The translations under genes and the position numbers were made by a program. Shown here one piece after another: positions 61,333 to 64,000 of a stretch of 64,000 nucleotides of DNA. The stretch is from Spirochaetota bacterium (GTDB lineage Bacteria > Spirochaetota > UBA4802 > JAFGDQ01). The stretch covers positions 96,001-160,000 of the forward strand of contig JAZDKB010000004.1 in NCBI GenBank assembly GCA_043803405.1, in the 5' to 3' direction. The notes beneath the pieces were generated by a model. That model was not told where the DNA came from and made no database searches. It was given only the letters and a program-made list of their open reading frames with translations. Each line of letters starts with the position of its first letter. The first letter of the stretch is position 1.

Positions 61333-62310
61333 ATGAGTAAAAATAATTATGATGTCGCGGGCATAGGTTCACCGCTGATCGATTTTACAGTTAATGTTGA
61401 TGATGCTTTACTTGGCGAACTTGGATTAAAGAAAGGCCAGATGCATCTTATAGATGAAAATAAAAGCAAAGATATATTTTTAAAATTAAAGAATTATAAA
61501 ATCGATAGAACGCCCGGCGGTAGCTCTGCGAATACGCTCGCCGGATTGGCATTGCTTGGTGGAAAGGGCGTGCTGTTCGGCACAGTCGGGAATGATGCCA
61601 ACGCAGAATTCTATATTGAGGAAACTGAAAAGGCAGGAGTAAAGACCATGCTCAGCCGCAACAGCAGCATGACAGGGCACGCGATTACTTTTATTACAAT
61701 TGATTCCGAACGCACTTTTGCAACCCATCTCGGCGCAGCGCTGAATTTCAGAAAAATAGATGTTGCCGAACACGAGATAAAAGCCAGCGGCATTTTGCAT
61801 ATTGAAGGATATCTTTTGGAACTGCCGGAAGTCAGGGAGGCAGTTAAATATGCAATGTCAATCGCGAAGAAAAACGATGTGAAGATCTCCATCGATCTTG
61901 CAGATCCCGGGCTGATAGCCAGGATTCCCGATGTAATTGATGATACGGTAAAAAATTATGCCGATATAGTTTTCGTTAACGAAGCTGAGGCAAAAGTCTA
62001 TACAAGGAAAGAAAAAGAAGCAGCTCTTGACGCAATTTATTCCAGCTGTGATGTTGCGATTGTAAAACTTGGCGAGCACGGCAGCCTGATAAAGAAGGAT
62101 TCGACTACATATCGCATACCTGCATATAAAGCAGATGTCGTAAACACTAACGGGGCAGGGGATATGTACGCGGCGGGTATACTTTACGGCTTGTCGAAAA
62201 ATTTGCCCATTGAAAAAGCCGGAAAGATCGCGAGCTATGCCGCATCATTGGTCGTATCACAGGTAAGCACAAGGCTAAGCAGAAAGATCGATATAGAAAG
62301 CATAAAATAA
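61333..62310 (+). CDS. PfkB/adenosine kinase-family carbohydrate kinase
   Basis: GGSSANT, G.VGND..., NEAEA and NTNGAGDMYAAG. Confidence 0.92.
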   Translation: MSKNNYDVAGIGSPLIDFTVNVDDALLGELGLKKGQMHLIDENKSKDIFLKLKNYKIDRTPGGSSANTLAGLALLGGKGVLFGTVGNDANAEFYIEETEKAGVKTMLSRNSSMTGHAITFITIDSERTFATHLGAALNFRKIDVAEHEIKASGILHIEGYLLELPEVREAVKYAMSIAKKNDVKISIDLADPGLIARIPDVIDDTVKNYADIVFVNEAEAKVYTRKEKEAALDAIYSSCDVAIVKLGEHGSLIKKDSTTYRIPAYKADVVNTNGAGDMYAAGILYGLSKNLPIEKAGKIASYAASLVVSQVSTRLSRKIDIESIK

Positions 62311-62320
62311 GTATTATTAT

Positions 62321-62425
62321 TAGAGTTATTGCAAAACTGTCATTCCGACCGAAGGGAGAAATCTCTCGATTGCTATGAGATTTCTCCCTTCGGTCGAAAT
62401 GACATTGAGATATGCAACAAGTCTA
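62321..62425. repeat. Nested palindromic REP/MITE-like element
   Basis: 28-bp arms TGTCATTCCGACCGAAGGGAGAAATCTC / GAGATTTCTCCCTTCGGTCGAAATGACA (62338-62404, one mismatch) inside imperfect outer inverted repeats TAGAGTTATTGCA / TGCAACAAGTCTA. Confidence 0.75.
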
Positions 62426-62427
62426 TT

Positions 62428-63567
62428 CTATATAGGGATATAAAGTTCAAGGCCGGGCTTAATTGAACCGGGATTTTTCAGATTGTTAAACAGCATAATT
62501 TTTTTCACCTGCGTTTTATAAAGCGATGCGATTCGGCTGATGCATTCGCCTTTTTTTACAACATGTTTTTTAAGGTTGTTGAATTTAATATCGTACAGGC
62601 TTGTAATATTATTTTCGAGTTTTGCTTTACAGCCTTTAGGTACAATTAGAGTGTATTTTTTTTCAAAAGGCGGAGTAATATTCTGGTTTAATTCCGGATT
62701 AAGACTTTTTAAAGTCTCAACTGGCACATCAGCAAGAGTTGCGGCGACTTTAATTTTTACAGGATATTCAAATACAATTTTTTCGGTCTCTGCTGCTATA
62801 GGTGAGGCTGCTTCATCTCCAATATCAAAAAGCTTTTGATTTTTATAAATTACAAGAAGAGCCGCAAACCGGTAAAGGTATTCATTAGTCTCTCTTTTTA
62901 AATATCCGCTCTCGAGCAGTTCAGTGACCGACCTGGACCGGGTTTTAATCATGCTTCTTTTAATATAACCTGCACCGCCGTTGTAGGATGCAAGCGCTAA
63001 TTCCCATGATCCGAACATGGAATATAAGTTTCTCAAATGCTTTATTGCTGCTTGGGTTGATTTTTCCACGTTTCTTCTTTCATCTACCCAGTTGTTGACT
63101 TTTAACTTTAATGGCCTGGAAGTGCCTTTTAGAAACTGCCACAAACCTACAGCTTTGCTTCGTGAAACGGCATACGGATTAAAGGCGCTCTCAAGCAAGG
63201 GAAGCAGCGCAATATCTTTCGGGATATCGGAATTTTCGCTGAATATTTCTTCGATTCTTCTTAAGTATCTGTTGGAGCGCGTGAGTGCAGCAGTTAAATA
63301 CTCCCTCCCTTCGTTGAGATATAGAAAAATAAATTTTCTGACATGCCTGCTCCTGCAGATTGAAAGATCGCTTATTGAACTGAAAAAGTCCTTATCGTCC
63401 TGAGGAGGAAGAAAATAAAAAATTTTTCCGGAACCGGCTGACGCTTTCTCGCTATCACTTGTGGCAAACAGGTCGGTAAAATCCAGACAGAAAGCGCTTT
63501 CTTTAAATAAAGAAAAAGATGAAAAGAATATCAGGATGAAAATTAGTATTTTATATGTTTTTTTCAT
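62428..63567 (-). CDS. Lytic transglycosylase with LysM domain (MltD-like)
   Basis: LP.LES.FNP.A.S...A.GLWQF, DERR, ALASYN.G, ET..Y and C-terminal LysM; start at ATG 63567 (signal peptide). Confidence 0.9.
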   Translation of the reverse strand: MKKTYKILIFILIFFSSFSLFKESAFCLDFTDLFATSDSEKASAGSGKIFYFLPPQDDKDFFSSISDLSICRSRHVRKFIFLYLNEGREYLTAALTRSNRYLRRIEEIFSENSDIPKDIALLPLLESAFNPYAVSRSKAVGLWQFLKGTSRPLKLKVNNWVDERRNVEKSTQAAIKHLRNLYSMFGSWELALASYNGGAGYIKRSMIKTRSRSVTELLESGYLKRETNEYLYRFAALLVIYKNQKLFDIGDEAASPIAAETEKIVFEYPVKIKVAATLADVPVETLKSLNPELNQNITPPFEKKYTLIVPKGCKAKLENNITSLYDIKFNNLKKHVVKKGECISRIASLYKTQVKKIMLFNNLKNPGSIKPGLELYIPI

Positions 63568-63689
63568 TTTCGATAACTGATTTAAGTAGACTCCTATTAT
63601 TGGTTTGACAATGATTATTGACAGGATTACTATTGCCTGCCGGAAATATCTGCATATTGAACCGGATTTAAACACGTCGAAATTCACTG

Positions 63690-64000
63690 ATGAAAAAAAT
63701 TACAATTTATATAGCAAAGGAACAACTTTATCCGTTCTTAACGGGATTCATCTTTTTCACATTTATTCTAATGCTTCAACAATTTTTTTCACTGGCAGAT
63801 CTATTAATAAACAAAAATGTTAAAGTATTTCTTGTATTAAAATTATTTTTAATAATGCTTCCGATTACAATGTCTTTAACAATACCGATGTCGGTTCTGT
63901 TCTCTTCTATAATGGCAATGGGCAGGCTTTCCGGAGACTCGGAAATTACGGCGCTCAGAGCTTCGGGCATATCCATTTACCGTATCATTAAACCTGTCAT
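63690..64000 (+). CDS. LptF/LptG (YjgP/YjgQ) family permease, 3' end outside window (not in the ORF track)
   Basis: MKKITIYIAKEQLYPFLTGFIFFTFIL...LP...TIPMSVLFSSIMAMGRLSGDSEITALRASGIS..RII.PV family signature. Confidence 0.9.
   Translation, partial: MKKITIYIAKEQLYPFLTGFIFFTFILMLQQFFSLADLLINKNVKVFLVLKLFLIMLPITMSLTIPMSVLFSSIMAMGRLSGDSEITALRASGISIYRIIKPV

Noticed and set aside
63776..63976. 66-aa minus-strand ORF from the track
   Set aside because: Antisense shadow of the LptF/LptG permease starting at 63690 on the + strand.

Overview
AT-rich bacterial chromosome segment, most likely from a Spirochaetota genome. This assignment is an inference from a FlcA-like flagellar collar protein, a LipL21-like lipoprotein and a stand-alone 5S rRNA gene. 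Most of the window is housekeeping: aspS-phoH-HD-ybeY, ligA, lnt, purN, class III fbp, queE, trpBA, argC, icd, three tRNAs, a 5S rRNA gene, glycogen-related genes, two toxin-antitoxin pairs and a partial LptF/G permease at the right edge. The standout locus is a ~13 kb lipid/polyketide cluster at 18.9-32.2 kb. It encodes a 3132-aa PfaA-like type I synthase with the unusual order KS-AT-KS-(ACP)x5-KR-DH. All five ACP domains carry Thr instead of the normally invariant phosphopantetheine-accepting Ser (DLGIDTVK), encoded by three different Thr codons. The synthase gene overlaps a dedicated Sfp-type PPTase gene and is followed by a TetR regulator (candidate palindromic operator just downstream of a consensus promoter) and an acyl-CoA dehydrogenase. 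Smaller observations include an apparent ATT start codon for UDP-glucuronate decarboxylase, an un-called 54-aa ORF, a degenerate GNAT/acyl-CoA synthetase fusion and REP/MITE-like palindromes. All calls come from reading motifs by eye; no database searches were run.
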